From positions 46,014,021-46,078,020 of the forward strand of contig NC_057719.1 in the NCBI RefSeq assembly GCF_004010195.1: DNA of 64,000 bases, written 5' to 3'. The DNA comes from Chiloscyllium plagiosum. Taxonomy: Eukaryota. Shown here piece after piece: positions 23,995 through 37,059 of this stretch. The notes under the pieces were generated by a model that saw nothing but the letters and a program-made list of their open reading frames with translations, was not told the DNA's origin and made no database searches. Numbering within the stretch: the stretch's first letter is position 1; every line of letters begins with the position of its first letter. Position numbers and translations under genes: made by a program.

Positions 23995-26900
23995 ATTAGT
24001 CCCAGGAAGGGAAAAGGATGAGATTCTGAAGGGAGAACATAGAAAGTAAAGCAGGAATTTAAAAAAGAGGTCCTTAAAGGTAGTAATATTGGGATTGCTC
24101 CCGGTGCTATGAGCTAATGAGGGTAAGAATAGGAGGATAGAGCTGGTGTATGGGTGGCTGAGGAGTTGGTGAAGAGGAGAAGGGTTCACATTTATGGATC
24201 ATTGGAATCTCACCTGGGGTAGAAGTGACCTGTACAAGAATGGCAGATTGCACCTGAATTGGAAGTGGCCTAATACACTGGCAGGGAAATTTGCTAGAGC
24301 TGCACGGGAGGACTTAAACTAGAAAGGTGGTGATGGGGGAGTGGACCAGGGAAATAGTGAGGAAAAAGATCAATCTGAGACTGGATTGAACCCGGGTCTC
24401 TGGCGCTGTGAGGCAGCAGTGCTAACCACTGTGCCACCGTGCTGCCCACTACCACCGTGCTGCCCACGCTTTGCTAGAGCTGCACGGGAGGACTTAAATT
24501 AGAAAGGTGGTGATGGGGGAGTGGACCGGGGAAATAGTAAGGAAAAAGATCAATCTGAGACTGGTACAGTTGCGGAAAGGAGCGAGTCAAACAGTCAGGA
24601 ACAAAGCAGAGGACAAGATAGGACTGATAAACTAAACTGTATTTACTTCAATGCAAGGAGCCTAACAGGGGAGGCAGATGAACTCAGCGCATGGGAAGGA
24701 ACATGGGACTGGGATATCATGGCAATTACGGAAACATGGCTCAGGGATGGGCAGGACTGGCAGCTTAATGTTCCAGAATACAAATGCTACAGGAAAGATA
24801 GAAAGGGAGGCAAGAGAGGAGGGGGAGTGGCGTTTTTGATAAGGGATAGCATTACAGCTGTGCTGAGGGAGGATATTCCCAGAAATACATCCAGGGAAGT
24901 TATTTGGGTGGAACTGAGAAATAAGAAAGGGATGATCACCTAATTGGAATTGTAGTATAGACCTCCCAATAGTCAGAGGGAAATTGAGAAACAAATTTGT
25001 AAGGAGATTTAAGTTATTGGTAAGAAAAATAGGGTAGTTATGGTAGGGAATTTTAACTTTTCAAACATGGACTAGGATTGCCGTAGTGTTAAAGGTTTAG
25101 ATGGAGAGGAATTTGTTAAGTGTGTACAAGAAAAATTTCTGATTCAGTATGTGGATGTACCTACTAGAGAAGGTGCAAAACCTGACCTACTCTTGGGAAA
25201 TAAGGCAGGGCAGGTGACTGAGGTGTCAGTGGGTGAGCACTTTGGGGCCAGTGACCCTAATTCCATTAGTTTAAAAATAGTGATGGAAAAGGATAGACAA
25301 GATCTAAAAGTTGAAGTTCTAATTTGGAGGAAGGCTAATTTTGACGGTATTAGGCGAGAACTTTCAAAACCTGATTTGGGGGCAGATGTTCGCAGATAAA
25401 GGGATGGCTGGAAAATGGGAAGCCTTCAGAAATGAGATAACGAGAATCTAGAGACAGTATATTCCTGTTAGGGTGAAAGGAAAGGCTGTAACATGTAGGG
25501 AAAGCTGGATGACTAAAGAAATTGAGGTTTTGGATAAGAAGAAGAAAGAAACATATGTCAGATATAGACAGGATAGATCAAGTGAATCCTTAGAAGTGTA
25601 TAAAGGCAGTAGGAGTATACTTAAGAGGGAAATCAGAAGGGCAAAAAGGGGGCATGAGATAGCTTTGGCAAATAGAGTTGAGGAGAATCCAAAGGGATTT
25701 TATAAATACATAAAGGACAAAAGGGTAACTCAGGAGAGAAAAGGGCCCCTCAAAGATCATCAAAGTGGCCTATGTGTGGAGCTGCAGGAGATGGGGGAGA
25801 TACTAAACGAGTATTAGTGTTTACTATGGAGAAGGACATGGAAGATATGGAATGTGGAGAAATAGATGATGACATCTTGAAAAATGTCCATATTACTGAG
25901 GAGGTAGTGCTGGATGTCTTGAAAAGAATAAGTGTAAATAAATCCCCAGGACCCGATCAGGTGTATCCTAGAACTCTGTGGGATGTTAGGGAAGAGATTA
26001 TGGGCTCCTTGCTGAGATATTTGTATCATCGATAGTCACAGGTGAGGTGTGGAAGACTGGAGGTTGGCTAACGTGGTGCCACTGTTTATGAAAGATGGTA
26101 AGGACAAACCAGGGAACTATACACCGGTGAGCCTGATGTCAGTGTTGGGCAAGTTGTTGAAGCGAAACCTGGGGGACAGGATTTACATGTATTTAAAAAG
26201 GCAAGGACTGATTAGGGACAGTCAACTTGGCTTTGTGCTTGGGAAATCATGTTTCACGAACTTGATTGAGTTTTTGAAAGAAGTAACAAAGAGGATTGAT
26301 GAGGGCAGAGCGGTGGACATGATCTATATAGACTTCAGTAAAGCATTCAACAAGGTTCCCCATGGGAGACTGGTTAGCAAGGTTAGATCTCATGGAATAC
26401 AGGGAGAACTAGCCATTTGGGTATAGAGATGACTCAAAGGTAAAAGACAGAGGGTGGTGGTGGATGGTTGCTTTTCAGACTGGAGGCCTGTGACCAGTGG
26501 GGTGCCACAAGAATTAGTGCTGGGCCAATGCTTTTCATCATTTATACAAATGAGTTGGATATTAACATAGGAGGTATAATTAGTAAGTTTGCAGATAACA
26601 CCAAAATTGGAGGTGTAGTGGACAACAAAGAAGAGATGGAAATGTGTTGCTGGAAAAGCGCAGCAGGTCAGGCAGCATCCAGGGAACAGGAGAATCGACG
26701 TTTCGGGCATTAGCCCTTCTTCAGGAATGAGGAAAGTTGGTCCAGCAGGCTAAGATAAAAGATAGGGAGGAGGGACTTGGGGGAGGGGCGTCGGAAATGT
26801 GATAGGTGGAAAAAGGTCAAGGTGAGGGTGATAGGACAGATTGGGGTGGGGCCGGAGAGGTCGGGAAGAAGATTGCAGGTTAGGAAGGCGGTGCTGAATT

Positions 26901-28762
26901 TGATGGATTTGACTGAGACAGGCTGAGGGGAGGGGAAATGAGGAAACTGGTGAAATCCGAGTTCACCCCTTGTGGTTGGAGGGTTCCTAGCCGGAAGATG
27001 AGGCGTTCCTCCTCCAACCGTCGTTTCGCTGTGGTCTGACGATGGAGGAGTCCAAAGACCTGCATATCCTTGGTGGAGTGGGAGGGGGAATTGAAATGTT
27101 GAGCTACAGGGTGGTTGGGTTGGTCGTCGACCACGTCGGGGGGGAAATGGCGGTCCTTGAAGCAGGAGGCCATCTGGGTTGTGCGTTTTTGGAACTGGTC
27201 CTCTTGGGAGCAGATGCGGCGGAGTCGAAGGAATTGGGAGAATGGGATGGCGTTTTTACATGGGGCAGGATGGGAGGAGGTGTAGTCCAGGTAGCTGTGG
27301 GAGTCGGTTGGTTTGTAGTAGATGTCCGTGTTGATCTGGTCGCCTGAGATGGAAATAGAAAGGTCGAGGAAGGGGAGGGTGGAATCTGAGACTGTCCAGG
27401 TGAATTTGAGTTCGGGGTGGAAGGTGTTGGTGAAGTGATGAACTGTTCAACCTCCTCGTGGGAGCACGAGGCGGCGCCGATACAGTCATCGATGTAGCGG
27501 AGGAAAAGGTGGGGGGTGGGGCCAGTGTAGTTGCGGAAGATGGATTGTTCCACATATCCTACGAAGAGGCAGGCATAGCTGGGGCCCATGCGGGTGCCCA
27601 TGGCTACTCCTTTCGTTTGGAGGAAGTGGGAGGATTGGAAAGAGAAGTTGTTCAGGGTGAGGACCAGTTCAGTCAGTCGAAGGAGGGTGTCAGTGGAAGG
27701 GTACTCGGCGGTACGGCGGGAAAGAAAGAAGCGGAGGGCTTTGAGTCCTTCGTGATGGGAGATGGAGGCGTACAGGGACTGGTTGTCCATGGTGAAGATA
27801 AGGCGTTGGGGACCGGGGAAGCGAAAATCATGGAGCAGGTGGAGGGCATGGTTGGTGTCCCGAACGTAGGTGGGGAGTTCTTGGACTAAGGGGGACAGGA
27901 CGGTGTCAAGGTATGCGGAGATGAGTTCGGTGGGGCAGGAGCAGGCGGAGACAATGGGTCGGCCGGGGCAGTCAGATTTGTGGATTTTGGGCAGGAGGTA
28001 GAAGCGGGAGGTGCGGGTTTGTGGGACTCTGAGGTTGGAGGCGGTGGATGGGAGATCCCCCGAGGTGATGAGGTTATGGACGATCTGGGAGATGATGGTT
28101 TGGTGGTGGGGGGTGGGGTCATGGTCAAGGGGGCAGTAGGAGAGCAAAGAAGGTTACCTCAGTGTATAACGTGATCTTGATCAGATAGGCCAATGGGCTG
28201 GAAAGTGGGAAATGGAGTTTAATTTAGATAAATGCAAGGGGCTGTATTTTGGAAAAGCAAATCTTAGCAGGACTTATACACTTCATGGTAAGGTCCTAGG
28301 GAGTGTTGCTGAACAAAGAGACCTTGGAGTGCAGGTTCATAGCTCTTTGAAAGTAGAGTCACAGGTAGATAGGATAGTGAAGAAGGCGTTTGGTATAATT
28401 TCCTTTATTGGGGAGAGTATTGAGTACAGGAGTTGGGAGGTCATGTTGCGGCTGTGCAAGACATTGGTTTAGGCCACTGTTGGAATATTGCATGCAATTA
28501 TGGCCTCTTTCCTATCAGAAGGATGTTGTGAAACTTGAAAGGGTTCAGAAAAGATTTACAAGGATGTTGCCAGGGTTGGAGGATTTGAGCCATAGGGAGA
28601 GGCTGAATAGTTCTGGCCTATTTTCCCTGGAGCGTCAGAGGCTGAGGGGTGACCTTATAGAGGTTTATAAAATCATAAAGGTCATTGATAGGATAAATAG
28701 ACAAAGTCTTTTCCCTGGGGTCGGGGAGTCCAGAACTAGAGGGCATAGGTTTAGGGTGAGAG
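23995..28762 (+). mobile_element. Long CR1-clade LINE (ORF1 esterase C-terminus + ORF2 APE-RT), disrupted
   Basis: ORF1-like VVILGLLPV...LHLN; ORF2 CIYFNARSL, AITETWL, KSPGPD, WRLANVVPLF, YIDFSKAF, KFADNTK, ERQRLRGDLIEVYKI; stops and frameshifts; nested SINE head and Penelope. Confidence 0.92.
26634..28138 (-). mobile_element. Penelope-like (Neptune-type) element: RT, GIY-YIG C-terminus and pLTR, nested in CR1
   Basis: FYLLPKIHK, PGRPIVS, QTKGVAMGT, FLRYIDD (ORF 27104-28147); NHPVAQHFN...EEERLIFRLGTLQPQG; frameshift and internal deletion; degenerate 14-bp TSD ggacaacaaagaag / ggagagcaaagaag. Confidence 0.93.
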
Positions 28763-29119
28763 GTCCATCTCATTTGTTTGTTGCTCTTCACTTTTTGATT
28801 TGCACAATAAATATCCTTTTTAATGTCTAAATTAAACTAAATCATCTGTCAGCTAGCTGCACAAAACCTGCCTTAATATCAGCATGAGGGTAAAAGCAGC
28901 AGTGAAATAGTGCACTCACATTGTATAGCACTGATGTTATATACTGTATATCCATCCAGGAGGTTATGACATCCAAGCCATCTACATTCCACTGTCTCAC
29001 AAGAGCCATTAGCTTGCCACTAATCCTGGTCTTTTTGACCCTTCCTTCACCTACATTCTTTCAATCTGCTTTGAGACTGTTTCCAAATGTTTTACTGCCT
29101 ATTTCCAAGAGTCCTGGGA

Positions 29120-29449
29120 TGATCAAAAGACTAAATCGATCACATTGACTTACCGCCAAGATCCTCCTCATGAACCAATTATCGGAGATTCCCTTGAGCC
29201 ACCATATAGAAAGCTTGTAATTCCTTTACTGTTTGATCACACAGCATTGCCCTTTGGTGTGAAGGGTACTGCTTGTCACTGGCCACTTGGGTGATTTCTT
29301 TCTTCCTGGTGGTGAAAATTGAATAAAGATTTATACAACTTGTGTCTTTTGCTTTGTCTCACTCTGCACACACACAACATGGGTGCTGCGGAAAAATAAG
29401 CACTACTGCAGTTAGGCAGTAGTATATGAGAAAAAAATGAAAAAAAAAT
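29120..29449 (+). mobile_element. 3' end of an unclassified poly(A)-tailed retroelement ('family A')
   Basis: AATAAA, terminal hairpin actactgc/gcagtagt (29402-29423), A-rich tail; the last ~95 nt align to 46369-46462. 5' boundary uncertain. Confidence 0.65.
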
Positions 29450-29542
29450 CAGGAGTGTCAAAGGTTCTGAAGAAGCAAAAAGTAGGAGTGTTATGAGTTC
29501 TGTTCACTCTGAGAGCTGGCTCTGAGGGAGCTGGATCAGTGT
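29450..29542 (+). mobile_element. Probable fragment of an LTR (portion downstream of the TATA box)
   Basis: caggagtgtca..ggttctg..gagctggct is weakly similar to 47463-47525; family recognition is from memory and unverified. Confidence 0.45.
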
Positions 29543-29685
29543 GGAATGAAGGGCCCAGCCCTTTAAAGAGAAGAGGAGACTGATTTTTGTTGGTGTCTTT
29601 GCATTAAGGAGGAGTTTATTTTGAAGTTCTTTGTTTATTCTTTATTGTTTATTGAGCTTGTAAAAAAAGAAAGCTTGTAGTGCCA

Positions 29686-29960
29686 TCTGTCTACCAGCTT
29701 GTTATCTACCAGACTGCTGTCTGCCAGCTTCCTGTCTACCAGACTGCTGTCTGCCAGCTTCCTGTCTATCATCCTGCTGACTACCAGCTTCCTGTCTACC
29801 ATCCTGCTGACTACCAGCTTCCTGTCTACCAGACTGCTGTCTGCCAGCTTCCTGTCTACCAGTCTGCTGTCTGTCTGCCAGCCTGCTGTTTGCCTGTCTG
29901 TCTGTTGTCTGTCTGCCTTGCTGCCTTTCTCCCTGCTGCCTACCAGCCTGCATACCAGCC
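29686..29960 (+). repeat. 30-bp minisatellite (ccagcttcctgtctaccagactgctgtctg, ~6 units) decaying into (ctgy)n
   Basis: Exact 30-nt periodicity visible at 29694-29875. Confidence 0.9.
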
Positions 29961-31002
29961 AACTTCATTTAAATGACATGCTGTTGGTAGGTTTCAATTT
30001 CCCTTTTCCACCATGTCTAATCACAAAATTAATGTAAATCTAAAAGGAGCTTCTTCCCATTTCTTTTCGATGACTGAGGTACTTTAATGCTTAAAGTTTA
30101 TAAATAGATACACAAAGCAACTCCATGGCCTGAATCAGAATGACTTCAACTCCACTCCAGAAAGAAGAGGACAGACATTTTAAAAGGAAACTAATCAGAT
30201 TGGAGTGAGAATGGAGTTGAAAATTCCCTGCTCCATCTTAACTGTTTCCTGGCCTAGTTTTCACACGTACGAGAAGTTAAAATGGAGTGTCAGTGATCAT
30301 CTCCAGCAGCACCTTGATCTACTCTTTTTTGATCTGTTGCTGTGATAAGACTTTGAATTTCATCAGGACATTTGTATATTGCTCAAAGTATAACTTAATC
30401 TTTCAGTCATTTCACATTATGGGTTAGTTTTCTGTCAAACAACCATTTCTCTAGCAGCAACTAAGTATGATATTTAGAGGCAAGTGGAGAGTATAGGGAT
30501 CAACTGAAGAATGTAACACAATACATCAATTACTGAGAAAAAGAGGAGGAAATTGATCTCTTACATGTTGTCAGCTCATGGTCATCAGCATCGGAAATTT
30601 GGAAATTATAGTCACAGTCTCATATCATAAAACTTGGTGAAGAAGAAAGTAGAATTAAAAACGGACCTCAGTGAAGAGAAATAGGTTTTCATTGGTAAAC
30701 TAAATCTCAGCAAGATACACAGTGTGTTCTTCCACAGCATAACCATAAAATTCTTTGACAGGACAATCCAAGAGGAAGAGATAGCCTGAGGATTATCTGA
30801 AATGGTTGCCTGTGGATTGGGAGTACCTTGTAGAGAATGTTCAAAAAGACAAAGAAGTGAAGAAAGCTACAAAAAAATTATGCGAAAGAGTTAAAAACAG
30901 TAGGTCTGGTAATTTGTGCCTCAGATTACTGCAAGTCTAATAACAAAGGGACTGTATTAGTTCAAAGCACAAAGGGAAAATAGACAGGGATGGTGCAACG
31001 AT

Positions 31003-31090
31003 TCTGGATGAGTGGTGCTGGAAGAGCACAGTAGTTCAGGCAGCATCCAAGGAGCTTCGAAATCGACATTTCGGGCAAAAGCCCTTCAGG
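31003..31090 (-). mobile_element. Penelope-like pLTR fragment
   Basis: Matches the 2962-3124 family, including the tttcgggcaaaagccctt stem. Confidence 0.75.
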
Positions 31091-31249
31091 TTTGGGATAG
31101 GGTTTAGTCACATACAGATTATATTTAACAGGGGAAGCAATAAGGCTAATAAAGCTCAGTGGAAGTTTTCCATTTTGAGCAGACAGAATGGCAACAAATA
31201 AATTAAAATTAGAGTGGTACATAAACATGAATCATAATAATATGATTTC

Positions 31250-31880
31250 TGTTGACCAAGTCTTCTCTGACAGCACCTTCCAAACCCATGGCCTCTACCA
31301 TCTAGAAAGACAAGGGCAACAAATATATGGCAACATCACCACTTGCAAGTTCCCCTTCAAACCACTCACCATCCTGGCTTGAAAATATATCCCTTCGATT
31401 CCACCCTCAGGAGACTACCTGTGTGGAGTTTGCACATTCCACCCGCGTTTTCGTGGGTTTCCACTACGTGTTCCGGTTTCCTCCCGCAATCCAAAAATGT
31501 GCAGCTTAGGTGAATTGGCCATGCTAAATTGCCCATAGTGTCCAGGGATGTGTAGGTTAACTGCATTATTTAGGGGAAATGTAGAGTAATAGGACAGTGG
31601 AATGGGTCTGGGTGGGTTACTTTTCAGAGGGTCGGTGTGCACTTGTCGGGCCAAATGGCCTGTTTCCATACTGTAGGGATTCTATGATTCTATGTTCCTT
31701 CAGCGTCACTGGTCAAAATCCTGGAAATCTCTTCATAACAGCATTGTATGTGTTCTCAGACCACGGAGTCTGCAGCAGTTCAAGAAGGTAGCTCATCACC
31801 ACCTTCCCCAGGGCATGTAAGGTTAGACAATATTTGCAGGCCTAATCAATGATGGTTAAATCCTATGATTGAATAAATTG
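31250..31880 (+). mobile_element. LINE 3' end (CR1/L2 group) containing an HE1 SINE (~31400-31695, +)
   Basis: cagcaccttccaaaccc...ctgcagcagttcaagaaggtagctcatcacc, also present on minus at 39600-39932 and 41673-41780; V-domain SINE inside. Confidence 0.75.
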
Positions 31881-33399
31881 AAACATTTCTAACAACATCT
31901 GTATTTTCCTCTAGAATTATAGAACTATTACAGCACAGAAGGAGGTCACTGAGCCTGTTGTATTTATGTAAGCTCTCTGTAAGGGTAATTTACCTAGTCC
32001 CACTTTGCATTTTCTCCATAACACAAGGACAAGTTAAACACTGTTTAATCACATTGAAATATCATTTAACTACGATAGAGAATAATGAAATGTTAAAGTT
32101 AATACTTTATGCTTGCTTAAAATCAATTGTTAAATGCATAAAATTTCAGCAATACTTAGTACAACCTCAAGGCCTGTATGAATGGTCAGGGCAGGAATAA
32201 GGCACACAATCATTGATTTACCTCATGCATTTTCTCCTCGAGCTATTTATAAATCATGCTGTAAATTCTTTCATATGAGCTGCTTCTGATGTCAGTCTGT
32301 TGATGCCAGAAATGCAGAGGACTCAACACCACTTTTATTCCAATGTGGCAATACCATTGTGAAAATGTATTTATTAAATTATATTGTGATCATTTGACTG
32401 CAAGTTGTAGTGGCTATGTTTTTTTTCTCATTAGCCTTGAATTTACAATGTATTGTGTGGAGGAACTGTAACAAAGCTTACATTTAAAAGTAACCAAAAA
32501 TAGCAAATTTGGAAAAAGCATCTCAGATAACATCTGTGAAAGGAGAAACAAGAATTGATGTTCTATCTTTTAATGGTCTTTCATCAGATTGAATTTTGAT
32601 TTACTAAATCAAATATTTTGAGCTCATTGTCTCATTTCTGTCATTCAGTTTTTCCTTTAGTTGTGATATTGCAAAAAAACAAAGACAAGGCTGAGTGAAG
32701 GTTGATTCTGAATGCAGTGTCAAAAGTTAAGAAGAAAGTTGTCAGGCTGGAGAATACATTGAAAGCTATGGCGGTCAGCTAAATCTTGTGAGACACACAC
32801 AGCACAAAAAAACTATTTCCATCCGATTTACATGCAAGTTACTGGGCCAAGATGACACATAGAGATATTTATACACACACAAGAAAAAAGGCTGACCCAC
32901 CCAACTTTCTGCGTTGATGAGTAATGATGTGAATATGCATATTTTTTACAAGAGTTTGCCATAAATGTGCAAGTGAAAATAAGTATAACTATTGTGATAA
33001 ACTGAGACAGAAAATTGTTTGATGTGAATATGATTGTCAGCAGACATGCTGCACTTAAAATTTGTTCTGACAAACCAAGGCTTTCCTTCAGTACATGCAC
33101 TCCTCAATCAGTGGAATGCTCCCTTCATAACCTAATTCGTAAAAACAACAAAAAGTGTAAGCTTCCAATATTTGGTTCAATTCCTGCTATAAGCTGAGGT
33201 AGATGTTACAAGCAGGGTCAAGACTTCTTGATACCCTTTTCTACATAAACCTAGAGACAGCTGATCCTTCACCTTCAGTAATGTGATTTTAACAAAAGCA
33301 GTTAAACCTCTGCTGAACCACAATACAATTCAAGGTCATGAATTTTTTAATGAACCCGTTCTGGAGCATGTGGGGTTTGAAACCTAGCCTTCTGGCTTA

Positions 33400-34775
33400 A
33401 ATTGAATTGAATTTATTGTCACGTGAACAGAGGCACAGTGAAAAGCTTTGTCTTGCGAGCAATACAGGCAGATCACAGAGTTAAGTAGCATGGGAAAGTA
33501 AATAATAGATAAACAGCAGCAAAAACAAAAACACATGTACAGGTGAATGTTAAGGGTTTGAGAGTGCATTCAGTATTCTAATAGTAGGGTAGAAACTGTT
33601 GTGAAACAGGCCGGTGCGTGTGTTCAAGCTTCTGTATCTTCTCCCCGATAGTAAAGGTTGTAGATAAACATTGCCAGGGTGAGATTGATCTTTAAGAATG
33701 CTGGCGGCCTTTCCTTGACAGCAGGCCTGGTAGATGGATTCTATAGATGGGAGGTTGGCCTTCGTGATTGTCCGGGCTGAGTTCATCACTCTCTGTAACC
33801 ATCTCCGATCTTGAATGGTACAGTTGCCATACCAGGTAGTGATACATCCAGANNNNNNNNNNNNNNNNNNNNNNNNNNNNNNNNNNNNNNNNNNNNNNNN
33901 NNNNNNNNNNNNNNNNNNNNNNNNNNNNNNNNNNNNNNNNNNNNNNNNNNNNNNNNNNNNNNNNNNNNNNNNNNNNNNNNNNNNNNNNNNNNNNNNNNNN
34001 NNNNNNNNNNNNNNNNNNNNNNNNNNNNNNNNNNNNNNNNNNNNNNNNNNNNNNNNNNNNNNNNNNNNNNNNNNNNNNNNNNNNNNNNNNNNNNNNNNNN
34101 NNNNNNNNNNNNNNNNNNNNNNNNNNNNNNNNNNNNNNNNNNNNNNNNNNNNNNNNNNNNNNNNNNNNNNNNNNNNNNNNNNNNNNNNNNNNNNNNNNNN
34201 NNNNNNNNNNNNNNNNNNNNNNNNNNNNNNNNNNNNNNNNNNNNNNNNNNNNNNNNNNNNNNNNNNNNNNNNNNNNNNNNNNNNNNNNNNNNNNNNNNNN
34301 NNNNNNNNNNNNNNNNNNNNNNNNNNNNNNNNNNNNNNNNNNNNNNNNNNNNNNNNNNNNNNNNNNNNNNNNNNNNNNNNNNNNNNNNNNNNNNNNNNNN
34401 NNNNNNNNNNNNNNNNNNNNNNNCTTTCAAAGCACTTCATGACCACCAAAGTTACGGCCACTGGGTGGTAGTCATTGAGACATGCTGCATGAGCCTTCTT
34501 AGGCACAGGGATGATGTTGGCCCTCTTGAAACAGACAGGGACAGTGGCCTGCTGCAGGGAGAGGGTGAAGATGTCCGAAAAGACCTCTGCCATTGATCTA
34601 CGCATGCTCTGAGTGCACGGCCTGGTACTCCGTCTGGTCCCATCGCTTTCATTGGATTCACACGGAGGAAAACTGATCTGACCTCTGATGCAGTGACTGT
34701 TGGGATAGGTTCATCAGGACTTGTCGGAATTGGTGTTATCTCTCCACTGAAGTTCTGCTCAAAGCGAGCATAGAA
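33400..34775 (-). mobile_element. Rex1/Babar LINE spanning an assembly gap
   Basis: KAMGPDGVPGR, VPVCFKRANIIPVPKK, LNDYHPVAVT..MKCFE, CITTWYGNC; 3' end cacgtgacaataaattcaattcaa. Confidence 0.9.
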
Positions 34776-37059
34776 GGCTATCTTGCACTGTCTCTTTCCA
34801 TATAGGGACACTATCATTCTGCCGAAAGGGGACTATAAAAGTTGGTGTATAAGTTCAAACTCTTTATTTAAGTGGCCTAGACTACTAAGTCGAATTAATA
34901 TTTGCTAACCGTTTCTCTCTCCAACTTAAGGATGGAAAATTCATGCAGTAACAATGGTTTAAAATCCAATAACTGTGCAAGTGTGCAGCAACGTTTAGAT
35001 CAGACTGTGGCCAGGAGGACAGCTCCTCCATGGCTCAGTGCAACCTTATTCACTGAAGATGTGAGAAAAGTTTCACTCTGTGTGCTTTATGCATCACTTA
35101 ATTTCTTCCACCCATTTCTGATGGAAGTTTCATGTTCAGTAAGGAAAACATATTTAACATTTTTACACGTCCTTGATAATCATGATAAATACCATACTGT
35201 ATTTGGAAATGTTATTAATTCAAACTAGCCATAAATTTAATGAGGTTGGTTTGTGATGTATGAAAACATAACATAGGGAAGTACATACAACTTACACCAC
35301 AAAACTGTCTGTGATCATTTACTCTCTGTACAGATAAATCCTTTATCAGTCTTATTCCCAAATCCCTACAGAACTTTATCATTTATTCACTCATCAAATA
35401 CAGTCTTGAGAACTAACAGACATTAATTTTGAAATGAACTCCACAACCTCACAACTCTGACAGATATTTCTCCTGCCCCTGTTTTGCATATGATCTTGTT
35501 TGGTTCCTTGATCAAGACCCCTCAATTACTGAAAAAGGTCTGATTCTATCTACCTTTTTACAACAATCCTGCCTTGCTATAATGTTATTTTTGCCAAATC
35601 TTTATTCATTGCTAACATTTTCTCATATCTGATAGTATTTTAGTGACTGTACTGTATCCTTTTTATAGCCTCAATATTCTTCCTAGATATTTTATAACCA
35701 CCCCCTATTCAGAGATGTTATTACTTACCTCTGGAGCAGGTGGAACTTGAACATTGGGCAGCACACCATTCTTGATGCTTTCTACCATTTGGTGGGCTGT
35801 TTTCTTTCTGAACTGAGAGAAAAGGAAGGGGATTGAGAGATTTCAAAGTAGCTGGCACAACTGTTAGTGCTGGTGAAAATGGGGGAGAAATGGTTAGTTA
35901 TCTCAAGTGAGTAAGTAGGCAGCACAGACGGCATGCAGCTTTAGTGGTGTCAGGGGTTGGGGTGGATGAGAATAATTTCTTACTCAATGTCTTTTAACCT
36001 TCTTTATAATAATCTTCTGTGTAATTTTTTGCCCAGCAGCATTGGGGAGTAGACACACAATTAACTATAAATGGAGTATAAGTGAATGAGTACAAATGAA
36101 AGCCAAATAATTAAAAACTGTAAACGTAGAAATGAACAAAAAAATCAGAATAAAACCCCACTTATCAGGCAAAAATTTACAAATTAGTCAGAACTATATG
36201 CAAAACCTAACCACTGAAGAACTGAAAAAAACTATCAATGCACTTCAGAATAAGACCAAATTCCATCTGCCTTACTTCGCTGGCTAAACATTTAACTTCA
36301 GGAAGAGATCAGCGTATGCTCAAAATGTTATGCAACTGATATTTAATCTGTAATGTTCTTTCAGTCAACCGAATATATTCTTCTGTGTCAGGTACAAACA
36401 GCTGTGTTGGGAATATTGCATAACATTAAGCCTGATGACAGCTATGCGTGGTTCAAGGTTTATAAATACAGCTAACAAGATTACTGCTCAATGTAACAAA
36501 ACAAAGATAGATTGCCACGAGCTTTATCTGTTTATGTAGGCATAGCCTTGAGTTGGTTAGTGGACTGTCTTCGGAAAAATAGCTGACAATTGAAATCTTT
36601 CTTACTTATATTCTGGTGGTTTAAGAGCCTAAACTGTGTAGCACTGTGACTTCTGCAGTCACAACATTAACTTTGCCTAGTCCAGCCAAGGTGACCCACA
36701 GTTGCACACCTCCAAATCCTGTAATGAGATAGTTATTTAGTGTACCGGGTTGTTTGATCCCAGATCATTATTAGACTTATATGTTTGGATCATTGTAATT
36801 GGTGACTGTTCATGAGTCTCGTCTTATGGCATGGCGGTCGTGTCAGTCCTACTGGCTCAGAAAGCCTGGGTTCAGGTCCCACCTGTTCCACAAGTGCATC
36901 ATAACAAGTTGAACAAGTTGATTCGAAAGGTCAATGAGTTTGTTCTTCTTGGTTTCTGGAAACACTTGATTTTTGCACAGATGCACTGCACATATGTGCA
37001 CATGCATGGCACTGTCCTGGTGGCCTGCTACCATACAGTGAACGATCCCACCCCTCACA

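Noticed and set aside
27104..28147. Intact or domesticated reverse transcriptase gene
   Set aside because: 5'-truncated, frameshifted after the YIDD region, and missing the N-terminal GIY-YIG segment; a dead PLE copy.
29680..30037. Repetitive ORFs (QLPVYQTAVC..., GRQEAGRQQS...)
   Set aside because: Open frames are a by-product of a 30-bp minisatellite; no splice or homology support.
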